The position numbers were made by a program, and so were the translations under genes. A DNA stretch of 64,000 nucleotides. Origin: a virus. Taxonomy: Duplodnaviria; Heunggongvirae; Uroviricota; Caudoviricetes. A model generated the notes under the pieces. The model made no database searches. It saw only the letters and a list, made by a program, of their open reading frames with translations, and was not told where the DNA came from. Location: IMG/VR virus record IMGVR_UViG_3300029186_000001; one strand, 5' to 3'. This document shows positions 20,201-29,624 of this stretch, one piece after another. Each line of letters begins with the position of its first letter. Positions within the stretch are counted from its first letter, which is position 1.

Positions 20201-23200
20201 GTTTACCAAAGAACAATACGCCCGCATTCCGCTACGTGATGACACCGTAGATGAGCATGCACAGGATATGCTTTATGACTTCGTTGCCGCCGGGCGCGTA
20301 GCCAGCGCAATGGACTCCGACTCCCACCGCAAAGAGGCCGCGCGTCGCCGGGTATTGTCGGAGTATTCAGATACCGGCACCGAAAAAGCAGAGAAGTATC
20401 CGTACTTTGAGGATATGGGCTTCGATAGTGTGATCGCTGACGAAGGTCACAACTACCGCAATAGCTATAAAAATGGTCGCGAAGCGTCACAACTGGCCTA
20501 TCTGCCCACCAGCGCGGTGGCGCAATCGGCGCGGGATATGGCAATTAAAAACGCGTACCTGATGAAAAAGAATGGTGGGCGCGGACCGGTTCTCCTGACT
20601 GCAACGCCAGTCGTTAACACCCCGATCGATGCATACAACATGCTTTCTCATGTTCTGCCGAAGGAATACTGGCAGAAGATGGGGATCTACAGTCCTGATG
20701 ACTTCGTAAAATTCTTCGGCAAGACCAGGCTGGAAACGGTACAGAAAATCAGCGGTGAAGTTGAAGAAAAAATGGCGCTGGTGGGCTTTGAAAACCTTGA
20801 TGCGCTGCGCGGCATATTCCATCGCTGGACAACGCTTAAAACGGCGGAAGACGTTAAGGATACCGTGGAGATCCCGGAACTGGACGAACACCAGCAGGAT
20901 GCACCACTTACGGAAGAACAACTGGCGGCGTATGAAGAATTGCGTCAGCAGGCGGAAGCGGCAGCCAAAGCCAACAATGGCGTAACGACCTCGGTCAATG
21001 AAGACGGCGTGATTGAGCACGAGAAAGCCCGTCCGATCTTCTCAATAATCAGGGATATGGACCGCGTATGTACTGACATGGACCTGTACTATCGCAGGAT
21101 CACCTATCGTTTCCTGCCGGAGTACGCCGATGCGGTGCAGCAGCTGGCGGACAGTTTGCCTAAACAAGCCACCAGCGAAGACGACGACAGTGATGATTCG
21201 ATCACGCAGCAATCGCAATACTCCCTGATAGATAAGGGCGAGTTTATTCAGTTGCAGGTACCGGAAGCATTTGAGCAGGAAGTGAATAAGCGCCTGGCCA
21301 AGTTTGGCATTGACGAACAGACCGTAACTCACCCCGTTACGCCCAAATACGCGAAGCTGATTGCCACGCTGAAGGAGTTTTTCCCGGAAGGTAAGCAAAT
21401 CATCTTCACCGATGAAAAAACGCAACACCAGAAGCTCAAGCGCATTATCTGCAATGCTCTTAACCTTGAACCTTCAAAGGTGGGGATCCTGAATGCTCAG
21501 ACGGTTGCCGAGGCAGGTAAAACCGGTAAGAAACTGAAAGCGGTTAAACCACCGAAAGAGCTACCGGATGAACCAACAGATGCACAGATAGCGAAATACA
21601 ACGAGCAAATGGCTCTGTATGACGCCTATATCGCGCAGCAAAATGAAATGTCGCTGGGTGGGCTGGAAAAGATTGCTGCCGACTTCCAGGAGGGCCGGAC
21701 TCCGATCATCATCTGCAACAAAAAGGCAGAGGTGGGTATCAACCTGCATCGAGGAACGACTGACATCCATCATCTGACGTTGCCATGGACACCAGCCAGT
21801 ATCGCACAGCGTAACGGTCGCGGTGCCCGAGTTGGTTCCAACCGTGCAAGCGTTCGCGTTCACTACTACTGCGGCAAGGGTTCTTTCGATGAATACCGAC
21901 TGAAGACGCTGAAGCGTAAAGCAGGCTGGATCTCCGATATCCTCCGCTCAGATAAGTCTGAAATGGAGAACGCCGACGCCAACGATATGATCGAAATGCA
22001 GATGTATACCGCTAAGGATGATGGCGAACGTCTGGCAATGATGCAGGTTCAAATGGATAAGGCGAAAGCCGCGCAACGCGCTCGCCAGAAAGAACAGGCT
22101 ACTATCGACCTTCAGAACTACATCAAGGCGCAGCACGCAGCTGGCGAGGATGTGGAGGTACTTACCGCTGAATTAGAGCGAAGCAAAGCGGAACTTGAAA
22201 AGACCACCGCCGAGGTAGCTAAATTCAAACAGGCGGCAATGGCCAAGGCAGCGGATAACGCAGACTGGAAGGCCCGCTGGGGGAGTGTCCATCACACAGA
22301 CCGTATGTTGTTAGCACAGTATCGCGCGTCGTTGAAAAGCGCCATTCAGCGCAAGGCTAATATCTCTCAAGCCATCTCCCGCTATGAGAAATTATTGAAC
22401 CGTACTCAGAAGGCCGCGACGGATATCAAACGCCTGCGCCCGCTGGTGGAGGATGCAATAAATAAAGGCATTCTGGATGTAGATCCTGACCTGGTTAACC
22501 ATGCGAGTGAGTTCCTTGTTATCGGCGATCGCTCATGGCGTGTAGGCCAATACTACGATTGTGCCGGTGATATCGTTCGCATTAAGTCGCTGGACTTCGA
22601 CAGCCAGCGCGCAGACGTGGAGATCATCTTTACCTTCAAAGGCACCAAATCGGGTAACTGGGATGTGAAGACGCTGGATAAACAGGTGGATGTAACTCCC
22701 GATGAAGATGCTGTTATGCAGAAAATCAGTGGTGGCGTCTCCATCGCCGGGATTAACGACATCATTTCCTGTGACGATTTCTACCGTTTCCAGCAGCGCG
22801 GCATGATCAAAATCACTGACTCATACGGCGTTCAGACTACAGAGTCAGGCTATAGCATTGATTTTGTTGGCACCTATACGGACCCACTGAAGCATGCGGT
22901 TTACCCGGATCGCCGTGACGGCGCGCTGAAGTCGTCAATTGCAAAATGGGTGCTTGGTATGATGTCGGAAGGGAATAACCGCCAGATCCGTTCGGCAGAA
23001 ACATTCCTGGTTGAATTGTTTGGCTCCAATTATGGCGATGTAATCGCGTCATACGGAGATACGCTATCCCCTGAAGCAATTCAGGAGAAAATAGCGGATG
23101 CGATCGCCAGAATGCCGGAAAAAACAAGCCAGGGGTCTACTCGTAACGGGGATTCTGAACTTGAAGTCACCAATGCCATTTTCGGTACCAATGAGTTCCG

Positions 23201-24053
23201 GGCGTCAGATTATGAGATCACCACAGCACAGTTTGGCACCATTGGCATTTACAGCAATAAAGACGAGATCAAGCAGGCAATGGACGCAGCAAGTGCGCGC
23301 ATTGCAGCAGAACGGAAAGCCAATCTGAATCATGCAGTCGCCGCGCTGACTCAATCGTGGGTAACAGCAATCAGGGAGGCCGCCACCACAGGAAAAATCA
23401 CACCGGCAATTGCGGATGTCGTAAACGACGGCTCTAAATTTATGGATGCCTATCAAATGGATGCGGTGAAGTTGCCATCAGCCTATGGTCAACTCAGCTA
23501 TCGCATGACCTACAACCTGGTATCAATGTTTTCCGACCTTGCCATCCTTGGGCTGGTGGATCTTAACGAGGTTACGCCGGAATTGCTCAGCATGCGCAAG
23601 AATCATGTGGAGATATTGCAGAGAGTTAACACGGTTCTTGCCGGACGCACCGATGAAGAGAAACAGGCCGACGCTGATCGGATAAACCTGGCCCTTGGCA
23701 ACATCACGGAGGAAGAAATTGCCGCCAGAAACGAGAAACAAGAAGAGTTATCATCAATACAGGGTGATGCCACCAGCATAGCTCAGTCTCTTGGTCTGAA
23801 TTATCGCGTATCCACCGCCGACCTGAAGATGATGTACGCACCAAAATTCGCCGCTGGCGAGGTATTTGGGCTTCAGGAAGCCTCAGGCATGAAAGGCGTT
23901 CTTTTCCGTGCGAAAGACGCAATCAAGGCGAAATTCGGCGCTCGCTGGCTGCCAGCGAAGGCGAAGAACAGCGATTTCCCGGGTAACTGGTGGATTATCG
24001 AGACAAAACACAACGTGGCGGACGTTCTGGCCGTCATCCAACAATACGCATAA
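17286..24053 (+). CDS. darB: DarB antirestriction protein (N6-adenine methyltransferase-like domain fused to DExH helicase)
   Basis: 2255-aa ORF; VGNVPFGG methyltransferase-like motif near N-terminus and VIADEGHNYRN DExH motif mid-protein. Confidence 0.85.
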   Translation: MNKLSMGVFRCSSVSEILKYIRAITSHRAPIKYGVEKVEGKSYDRLRREANQKAIDLLNSLVDGATLTDEQRQILAGYTGEGGIGGSVSEYYTPKPIAEGVWEIMKLYGADVGNTLEPSAGTGVFNETKPVGTVMTATEISSVSGRINQLLHPEDSVQISPFEQLAVSTPNDSFDHVVGNVPFGGRDNTRNIDKPYAEETDMGSYFMLRMLDKIKPGGFMCVIVPPSIVSGSNMKRLRLRLSRKAEFLGAHRLPTGTFDANGTSTVVDVVLMRKHPAEMAEKIPLVDEGTLESANVLWPTFISGKWFEKDGRRFVHGTQEKGFQGRIEVRADGQIDNQALKAKLIHRFESRIDWSLLDMAEPSPTADVVDEGEMRLINGVWQKYAGGRWIEADAGKELKIEVASYGADSWEALQRNLTTTEGRLGMTFTQMANVRDKYTTSISDDMVQLVDWINSQPEKYRERLYRGAMIGRMLIEYQDMKAAGHSAEQIEQQRLSLVSRLQAEIDRFGNPGRGPIAKLSGSGARAWFAFRGAIKLDGTISDELTGKLVTHDSSASYDSTSYQDTLRYLYSDLTRDPIQLDDFRLAFTGELPASDDELLNLLASTPGIAVSPYGGIVPFARATSGDINEIVAPKQEFLATLPDGPVKNNVLNQLAAIEEKRIKTPAENIRFKLNSRWFDRSVILEFLQENGYPDLRYVQSVQLEGDEMVSDTYHGGDGLFVGHRYGVVQRKDKETGEIRYEWDRKSGENATGFPAQLEKYLNGARIGGKDSATANGYREQMALLEDQFNKWIKTHDRYDELVAKYNDVFNSNIPYEHSGDPLGLKGLSGKRQPFDYQNSEVRRLSEDGRGILGFGTGLGKTTTALALEAFNYENGRSTRTAYVVPKSVLENWYYEAKEFLSEEAFSNYLFVGLDVLMDGDQIRQVPVLDENGKPVLGTDGTPVMRDALKLADEATITARMNAIPHSNYRAVVFTKEQYARIPLRDDTVDEHAQDMLYDFVAAGRVASAMDSDSHRKEAARRRVLSEYSDTGTEKAEKYPYFEDMGFDSVIADEGHNYRNSYKNGREASQLAYLPTSAVAQSARDMAIKNAYLMKKNGGRGPVLLTATPVVNTPIDAYNMLSHVLPKEYWQKMGIYSPDDFVKFFGKTRLETVQKISGEVEEKMALVGFENLDALRGIFHRWTTLKTAEDVKDTVEIPELDEHQQDAPLTEEQLAAYEELRQQAEAAAKANNGVTTSVNEDGVIEHEKARPIFSIIRDMDRVCTDMDLYYRRITYRFLPEYADAVQQLADSLPKQATSEDDDSDDSITQQSQYSLIDKGEFIQLQVPEAFEQEVNKRLAKFGIDEQTVTHPVTPKYAKLIATLKEFFPEGKQIIFTDEKTQHQKLKRIICNALNLEPSKVGILNAQTVAEAGKTGKKLKAVKPPKELPDEPTDAQIAKYNEQMALYDAYIAQQNEMSLGGLEKIAADFQEGRTPIIICNKKAEVGINLHRGTTDIHHLTLPWTPASIAQRNGRGARVGSNRASVRVHYYCGKGSFDEYRLKTLKRKAGWISDILRSDKSEMENADANDMIEMQMYTAKDDGERLAMMQVQMDKAKAAQRARQKEQATIDLQNYIKAQHAAGEDVEVLTAELERSKAELEKTTAEVAKFKQAAMAKAADNADWKARWGSVHHTDRMLLAQYRASLKSAIQRKANISQAISRYEKLLNRTQKAATDIKRLRPLVEDAINKGILDVDPDLVNHASEFLVIGDRSWRVGQYYDCAGDIVRIKSLDFDSQRADVEIIFTFKGTKSGNWDVKTLDKQVDVTPDEDAVMQKISGGVSIAGINDIISCDDFYRFQQRGMIKITDSYGVQTTESGYSIDFVGTYTDPLKHAVYPDRRDGALKSSIAKWVLGMMSEGNNRQIRSAETFLVELFGSNYGDVIASYGDTLSPEAIQEKIADAIARMPEKTSQGSTRNGDSELEVTNAIFGTNEFRASDYEITTAQFGTIGIYSNKDEIKQAMDAASARIAAERKANLNHAVAALTQSWVTAIREAATTGKITPAIADVVNDGSKFMDAYQMDAVKLPSAYGQLSYRMTYNLVSMFSDLAILGLVDLNEVTPELLSMRKNHVEILQRVNTVLAGRTDEEKQADADRINLALGNITEEEIAARNEKQEELSSIQGDATSIAQSLGLNYRVSTADLKMMYAPKFAAGEVFGLQEASGMKGVLFRAKDAIKAKFGARWLPAKAKNSDFPGNWWIIETKHNVADVLAVIQQYA

Positions 24054-24086
24054 CAGGAGCGCCCGGTTCGCCGGGCGTCGCATAAT

Positions 24087-24527
24087 ATGGCCACACTATC
24101 TGATACAATAAAACCGAATAAAACATATCTTGAGGCGGTACTGCGTACGGCATTGTTAGGAAAGACAGAAGACGAATACGTTGATTTCTTCCTGTCAGGG
24201 CTACGCGGGCGATTACTGAAAAATCCCCGCCTGTACCGCAGCTATGGCCCATACTGGCCGGAAATTAAAAAATTATTACTGGAGCGCGGTTATGGTAATT
24301 TCGGTCGTCTCGTTGACCGTGACGTTCGCAAAATTTACCGTTATGACCGCCCGGCGCTGACACTCATAGCCGCGACGCTCTACAGCCAGGAGCGTTTTGA
24401 TAATGGTCAGATATACTCAGCCTGGCATTTACTGCCAGTGCCTGAAGAGGTTGACGACCAGGACTATGAGTTTGAGTCTTACGATTTGGAAGTTGAAGCC
24501 TTAGCACAGGCTGGAGAGAAAACTTGA
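24087..24527 (+). CDS. ulx: Ulx-like protein
   Basis: 146-aa ORF immediately downstream of darB, as in P1. Confidence 0.55.
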   Translation: MATLSDTIKPNKTYLEAVLRTALLGKTEDEYVDFFLSGLRGRLLKNPRLYRSYGPYWPEIKKLLLERGYGNFGRLVDRDVRKIYRYDRPALTLIAATLYSQERFDNGQIYSAWHLLPVPEEVDDQDYEFESYDLEVEALAQAGEKT

Positions 24528-24772
24528 AAAAGCGATACTACACAGTAAAGCATGGGACGCTACGAGCATTACAAGAGTTTGCTGACAAGCATAACGTTGA
24601 GGTGCGCAGGGAAGGGGGAAGTAAAGCTCTGCGCATGTACCGTCCGGACGGAAAATGGCGGACGGTCGTCGATTTCAAAACTAACAGCGTTCCCCAGGGC
24701 GTCCGCGATCGGGCATTCGAGGAATGGGAGCAGATCATCATAGATAACGCATTGCTCCTGAATGCTGATTAA
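24524..24772 (+). CDS. Hypothetical small protein (Lxc position)
   Basis: 82-aa ORF overlapping ulx stop; positional correspondence to P1 lxc only. Confidence 0.45.
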   Translation: MKKRYYTVKHGTLRALQEFADKHNVEVRREGGSKALRMYRPDGKWRTVVDFKTNSVPQGVRDRAFEEWEQIIIDNALLLNAD

Positions 24773-24777
24773 GAACT

Positions 24778-24804
24778 CTCCGGCCTAGGGAGATTAGGCC
24801 GGAG
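24778..24804. terminator. GC-rich hairpin between convergent genes
   Basis: ctccggcct-agggagatt-aggccggag; no clear U-tract. Confidence 0.4.
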
Positions 24805-24813
24805 ATAAATATA

Positions 24814-26118
24814 CTATATAAACTTAGATATAATATCGTGAATCTGTTGTAGCGGGATTTCTTCCATCTTACTCTTAATAAGAGAGCGGTTAGATGCTGT
24901 CAGTGAAGGCCATTTTGTTTTCCAGGCTAGATATGCTCGCCATGAGTAGCCTGTTTCGTAAGGTTTATTCATATAAGTCATTGAGTGTTCAACCGCATGT
25001 ATGTATTTTTTCTCAAAGTTGGTTCCTTTTACTTCAAATAAACTACCGAAATAAATAAGCCATTTTGCCAGGTGTTCATACTGCTCCCATGCGCCAGACT
25101 CTTTAGTAAGATCTATTTTTTTATCTATTATATCACAAAAAACATTTAATACCTTTTCATCATTCCAGCTATATCCAGATGATGAAATGGAGGAAATGAT
25201 ATGATAAAAAGAATCCTCTAACTTCAAGAACTCTATTTTATACTCTCTTCCGTTTTTTATTACCGATTTGATTGAGTGCCTCAATTTGTCTTTTATTTTT
25301 TTTGCTTCTGGAATTTTCTTGTTAAGTTTTCTAAAGAAATCAGACACCTCTGTTTTATCTATAACCCTAATCCCAAAGCAGGAAAAATAGTAATCTTTAA
25401 TAGGTTGCAATAGTTTCCCTCGGGAAATAAGGAAAATATTGGAGGACATTACGTTGTCCCGTGAAAATACCTTATATTCATTTATAATCGCCTTGAGGTT
25501 CGCGTCACTTAGAGAATAGCCAAGAATAACAATAGTGTTTTCATGTAGAACTGTGCTTAGTTTATTTGAAAAGTAAGAATTACCATTTATAAATCTGAAA
25601 TAATCCTCGCTAGTAACAACCATATCTGATGGGGAGTCTATAGAGCCGTGAACATGGTAGACTTTAACCTCACAATTATATTTTGGAATTGGCAGGCCGG
25701 GGGTGATTGTACACGTTCGATTCTCTCCAGCCAGTTTTTCTGCTAACTTGTCATAATTTGTCGTAATTACTTTAAATGTGTTTTCTTTGAAAAAGTCTTG
25801 AATATATTCAATTGATGGATCAAGTTCGATTGAGGCTATGATTTTCTCAATCTCCTGGTAAATATTTTTCCCCGAAAGTATAAATTTTAGTGCAATAACC
25901 TGAGCAGCCTCTTCAAGGCTAAGGTCTTTTGCTTTTCCATCAGGAAATAATTCCTCTTTGAGTGAGTCACCATCCTTCAATAAACCGCACAGTTGCTCCA
26001 ATAAAGATTGCCAACTTGGGGCTTTATCATCAGAAACAGCCTTTGAAAATCCAGTGCCTGTAAGAAAGCACAGCCTATGTGTAGCTGCTGCATAGGCAAT
26101 TTCTATATACTCGCTCAT
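24814..26118 (-). CDS. SIR2-like (sirtuin/NADase-type) domain protein with uncharacterised C-terminal helical domain; candidate antiphage effector
   Basis: 434-aa ORF; motifs FLTGTGFS, TTNYD, VYHVHGS and LGYSLSD in the N-terminal ~270 aa; GGAG RBS; markedly AT-rich relative to flanks. Confidence 0.8.
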   Translation of the reverse strand: MSEYIEIAYAAATHRLCFLTGTGFSKAVSDDKAPSWQSLLEQLCGLLKDGDSLKEELFPDGKAKDLSLEEAAQVIALKFILSGKNIYQEIEKIIASIELDPSIEYIQDFFKENTFKVITTNYDKLAEKLAGENRTCTITPGLPIPKYNCEVKVYHVHGSIDSPSDMVVTSEDYFRFINGNSYFSNKLSTVLHENTIVILGYSLSDANLKAIINEYKVFSRDNVMSSNIFLISRGKLLQPIKDYYFSCFGIRVIDKTEVSDFFRKLNKKIPEAKKIKDKLRHSIKSVIKNGREYKIEFLKLEDSFYHIISSISSSGYSWNDEKVLNVFCDIIDKKIDLTKESGAWEQYEHLAKWLIYFGSLFEVKGTNFEKKYIHAVEHSMTYMNKPYETGYSWRAYLAWKTKWPSLTASNRSLIKSKMEEIPLQQIHDIISKFI

Positions 26119-26174
26119 TACTTACTCCATTTACTTATAGTTCTACGGAGAAGTATACCCTAATGCATTGACGT

Positions 26175-26815
26175 TTATAGATAATTTCCTTTTCCTGTTA
26201 ATACTCCCTTAGGCACCTGTTTTTGTGCCAGCGTTTGGGTTCCGCGAATTATGTTAATCAGAGGGCTTAGTAACGATGGTTCCTGGCGTGCCTCAACTTC
26301 TCCAGCCATTGCCCTGATGTAGTCTGCGCTGGCAACGTTGTTGTATTCCGTCGCAAAGCAACAGAGTAACGTCAGAACATGCTCTGTCGTTATTTCGCTC
26401 CAGTTGATGTTGAAAAATTCATCGCCTTTTTTATCGTGTTCGGAATCGAAGATGCTTTGGTGGAGGATGTATTTGCCGGATTCCTTGCGCGGTAACTTGA
26501 TTGCTTTCTGGCGTTCCAGCTCCTTATAAATCTGCATGGCCTCAATTAGTACCGGCCTGCCGTTCATGAAGGGATCGCGCAACCTTACACGCTGGCCAAC
26601 TCGACCAGTAATAAAGCTGTTTTCCTCTTCCACCAGCACGATAAAACCCTTTTCCTCTTTTTCTCGCAATTCGCGCAGCAGCTGGAGTTCCATATCGCGG
26701 CGGCGTTCAGGGTAGCTGGTCCGCTCAGCCATTATCAGCTCGTTGTTGATCCATGCAGCAGTCATTGACGCCGGTTTACCGACGCTCATCGAAACAACGC
26801 ATATTTTCTTATCCA
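26175..26815 (-). CDS. Hypothetical protein, co-oriented upstream of the SIR2-like gene (mat position in P1)
   Basis: 213-aa ORF from ATG at 26815; GC content like the phage backbone. Confidence 0.5.
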
Positions 26816-27004
26816 TAGCGCCCCTACAAAAAAGAAAAGCCACCAGCGGCGGCTTAGCAATACAACTGAAGGTAGCGCCCGGTACTCAGACTGTGCCGTC
26901 CATGGAATATTTGAAAAGGGATCCATCCGTACCGGGCATGTGATGATTCTGACTGAAGTCACTTGTCAGTTGTCAATTATTTCAGATTAAAAATAATATA
27001 TTTA

Positions 27005-27565
27005 TTAGTGCATGATGTTTGCCATCTCATAGGCGTCAGCCAGCAACTCCATCTCTGACTTGTTCAGCAAGGTGAATTCTTTCTTGCCTCCAACCACACC
27101 ATCGGCATGAACAGGGACCAGCCAGGGGTATTTTTCTCTTACTTCAGCCGGTGCTGCATGCTGGTGGTGCCATCTACAAAGTGGCAACTGCTTTTTGTGA
27201 CAACCCGGCGCGGTACGACCGGAGATATGGTGCAGAGACACCTCTTCAGATATTACTCCATGCATATAGCAGGCAATGCAGGGGAGAGCGCCAAGAGCAT
27301 TGGCTATGCGCCGTTCCTCCGCCGTCGGTGTTCGTCCCTTCAAGCCACGAGATTTTATTTTTACCGCACTTTTCCGCGTTTTGCTGGCTGGTGGGCGCTC
27401 TTTCTGTTTAGCGATACGGCGGTCGATAGAATCCCGCATTTTCTGATATTGCGATTCTCGCCAGGCGGGGTCAGCCAACTTTTCCCGTTGCCGAGCGATC
27501 GCTCGTTCTCTGGCTGCCTTCTGCCACTCGCGGCGCTGTTCAAGTTTTTGTTCGATTGTTTTCAT
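27005..27565 (-). CDS. ref: Ref recombination-enhancement HNH endonuclease
   Basis: 186-aa ORF; Cys/His-rich HNH-type region CIACYMHG...HHISG...CRWHHQH; position next to cre. Confidence 0.75.
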   Translation of the reverse strand: MKTIEQKLEQRREWQKAARERAIARQREKLADPAWRESQYQKMRDSIDRRIAKQKERPPASKTRKSAVKIKSRGLKGRTPTAEERRIANALGALPCIACYMHGVISEEVSLHHISGRTAPGCHKKQLPLCRWHHQHAAPAEVREKYPWLVPVHADGVVGGKKEFTLLNKSEMELLADAYEMANIMH

Positions 27566-27570
27566 ATGGC

Positions 27571-27597
27571 AAAAAAAAAGGCGGCCTAATGGCCGCC
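27571..27597 (-). terminator. Rho-independent terminator on minus strand ending 6 bp before ref ATG
   Basis: ggcggcc-taat-ggccgcc followed (minus strand) by a 9-T run. Confidence 0.65.
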
Positions 27598-27664
27598 AAT
27601 GATGTCAAGGAGTTAAGTAATGGCAACGTCTTCGTAGTTGACAAAAACTGCGGCTTAATTATAG

Positions 27665-27681
27665 CAATCAATTAGAGCAAT
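27665..27681 (-). promoter_or_regulatory. C1 operator-like 17-mer upstream of ref
   Basis: caatcaattagagcaat. Confidence 0.5.
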
Positions 27682-27812
27682 GGTAGATATTTTGTTAATC
27701 GCGAATCACATTTTTTCACTTCAGTACCTGTGTGCTATACTCCTTCTTGATTGATTGGATGCGGAATACAAACCCGCTCTTTTGTGCAGCCTGGCTCCTT
27801 GCCAGGCTTTTT

Positions 27813-28124
27813 TTATTTCATCATGGAAGCTGTTAACGCTTTGGATCTTGCTGAACTGATTGAAAGGGCATTGTTTACCTTACCCAGGAGTTCGCCAAAT
27901 TCCACCATCACTCTAGTAAGCCCGCGCCGCGCTTCCTCCTCCGTTGCATTCATCACAAAATGTTCAGCACTCCGCATGCTTTTAACGGGGAACGCAACAG
28001 ATATCGAGTCGATATCAGGCATCCTATCGCTCAACTTTACGGTGACAATGACAGATGGTGACTGAATTTGAGAGCTTACAGACAGCACCACATATTTTCC
28101 GTCTATTTTGAAATCCTTCCGCAT
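27813..28124 (-). CDS. Hypothetical protein downstream of cre (Cra position)
   Basis: 103-aa ORF between cre and ref. Confidence 0.4.
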   Translation of the reverse strand: MRKDFKIDGKYVVLSVSSQIQSPSVIVTVKLSDRMPDIDSISVAFPVKSMRSAEHFVMNATEEEARRGLTRVMVEFGELLGKVNNALSISSARSKALTASMMK

Positions 28125-28140
28125 GTGTCACCATAAATAT

Positions 28141-28157
28141 CAAATAATTAGAGCAAT
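28141..28157 (-). promoter_or_regulatory. C1 operator-like 17-mer
   Basis: caaataattagagcaat. Confidence 0.5.
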
Positions 28158-28174
28158 CTGGCGCAAATGAACGG

Positions 28175-29206
28175 CTAATCGCCATCTTCCAGCAGGCGCA
28201 CCATTGCCCCCGTTTCACTATCCAGGTTACGAATGTAGTTCATGACAATATTTACGTTGGTCCAGCCACCAGCTTGCATGATCTCCGGTATTGAAACTCC
28301 GGCGCGGGCCATATCTCGCGCGGCTCCGACACGGGCACTGTGTCCAGACCAGGCCAGGTACCTCTGGCCAGAGTCATCCTTAGCCCCGTAAATCAATCGG
28401 TGAGTTGCTTCAAAAATCCCTTCCAGGGCGCGAGTTGATAGCTGGCTGGTGGCAGATGGCGCGGCAACACCATTTTTTCTGACACGGCAAAACAAGTAGT
28501 TATTCGGATCATCAGCCACACCAGAGACAGAAATCCATCGCTCAACCAGTTTAGTTACCCCCAGACTAAGTGCCTTCTCTACACCAGCGGTGCTAACCAG
28601 CGTTTTCGTTCTGCCAATATGGATTAACATTCTCCCACCGTCAGTACGTGAGATATCTTTAACTCTGATCCTAGAAATTTCGGCTATACGTAACAGGGTG
28701 TTATAAGCAATCCCCAGAAATGCCAGATTACGTATATCCTGGCAGCGATCGCTATTTTCCATGAGTGAACGAACCTGGTCGAAATCAGTGCGTTCGAACG
28801 CCAGCGCCTGTTTTGCACGCTCACCGGCATCAACGTTTTCTTTTCGGATCCGTCGCATGACCAGTGAAACAGCATTGCTGTCACTTGGTCGTGGCAGCCC
28901 GGACCGACGATGAAGCATATTTAGCTGGCCCAAATGTTGCTGGATAGTTTTCACTGCCAGACCGCGCGCCTGAAGATATAGAAGATAATCGCGAACATCT
29001 TCAGGTTCTGCGGGAAACCATTTCCGGTTATTCAACTTGCACCATGCCGCCCACGATCGGCAAACGGACAGAAGCATTTTCCAGGTATGCTCAGAAAACG
29101 CCTGGCGATCCCTGAACATGTCCATCAGGTTCTTGCGAACCTCATCACTCGTTGCATCGACCGGTAATGCAGGCAAATTTTGGTGTACGGTCAGTAAATT
29201 GGACAT
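28175..29206 (-). CDS. cre: Cre site-specific tyrosine recombinase
   Basis: 343-aa ORF MSNLLTVHQNLPALPVDATSDEVRKNLMDMFRDRQAFSEHTWKMLLSVCRSWAAWCKLNN..., recognised as P1 Cre. Confidence 0.98.
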   Translation of the reverse strand: MSNLLTVHQNLPALPVDATSDEVRKNLMDMFRDRQAFSEHTWKMLLSVCRSWAAWCKLNNRKWFPAEPEDVRDYLLYLQARGLAVKTIQQHLGQLNMLHRRSGLPRPSDSNAVSLVMRRIRKENVDAGERAKQALAFERTDFDQVRSLMENSDRCQDIRNLAFLGIAYNTLLRIAEISRIRVKDISRTDGGRMLIHIGRTKTLVSTAGVEKALSLGVTKLVERWISVSGVADDPNNYLFCRVRKNGVAAPSATSQLSTRALEGIFEATHRLIYGAKDDSGQRYLAWSGHSARVGAARDMARAGVSIPEIMQAGGWTNVNIVMNYIRNLDSETGAMVRLLEDGD

Positions 29207-29624
29207 TTAACACTCAGATAATGGTTTTAAGTAAAGTGTACAGGATCGGCTCTGCCTTTACCTGTTTATGGTTCTCGTCATAGAAACGCCAGCGACCGCG
29301 CGTGCGTTCTATTTTCTCTTCACCGCGCGATAATGACAGTTGACAACTATCACGATCAAACCCTTTTGCCCGCCAGTAACCACGGTTTTTCTCAAGCTCA
29401 ATATGAGTGGACACTTTAGCAGCTGAATATCCCATTTTTCACCTCTGATTGATTGGTGGTGCTAAGTGCGCTACGCGAAATCTGGAGCACTAACACTGCC
29501 AACATTTCACAGATTTTACGTAGCGCAACCTTGATCAAATGATCAAGTGATCACTATTTGACCTGATAAGGTATTGAACTGTATGGATTTACAGGTAAAT
29601 TGATCATGTTCAATAACCCTTAAG

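Noticed and set aside
17606-23456. Numerous antisense and alternative-frame ORFs of 60-180 aa inside darB
   Set aside because: Shadow ORFs within a long, well-supported coding sequence
24773-26174. Remnants of res/mod or IS1 at the island boundaries
   Set aside because: No helicase, methyltransferase or transposase-like frames are visible; the island holds only the SIR2-like ORF
26175-26815. TIR-domain partner (Thoeris ThsB-like) for the SIR2-like gene
   Set aside because: No TIR-like motifs seen, and the composition matches the phage backbone; kept as an uncertain partner rather than called as ThsB
29214-29435. 73-aa minus-strand ORF between cre and loxP
   Set aside because: This interval is expected to hold the cre promoters and the adjacent GATC cluster (about 29530-29620); no RBS, so probably non-coding
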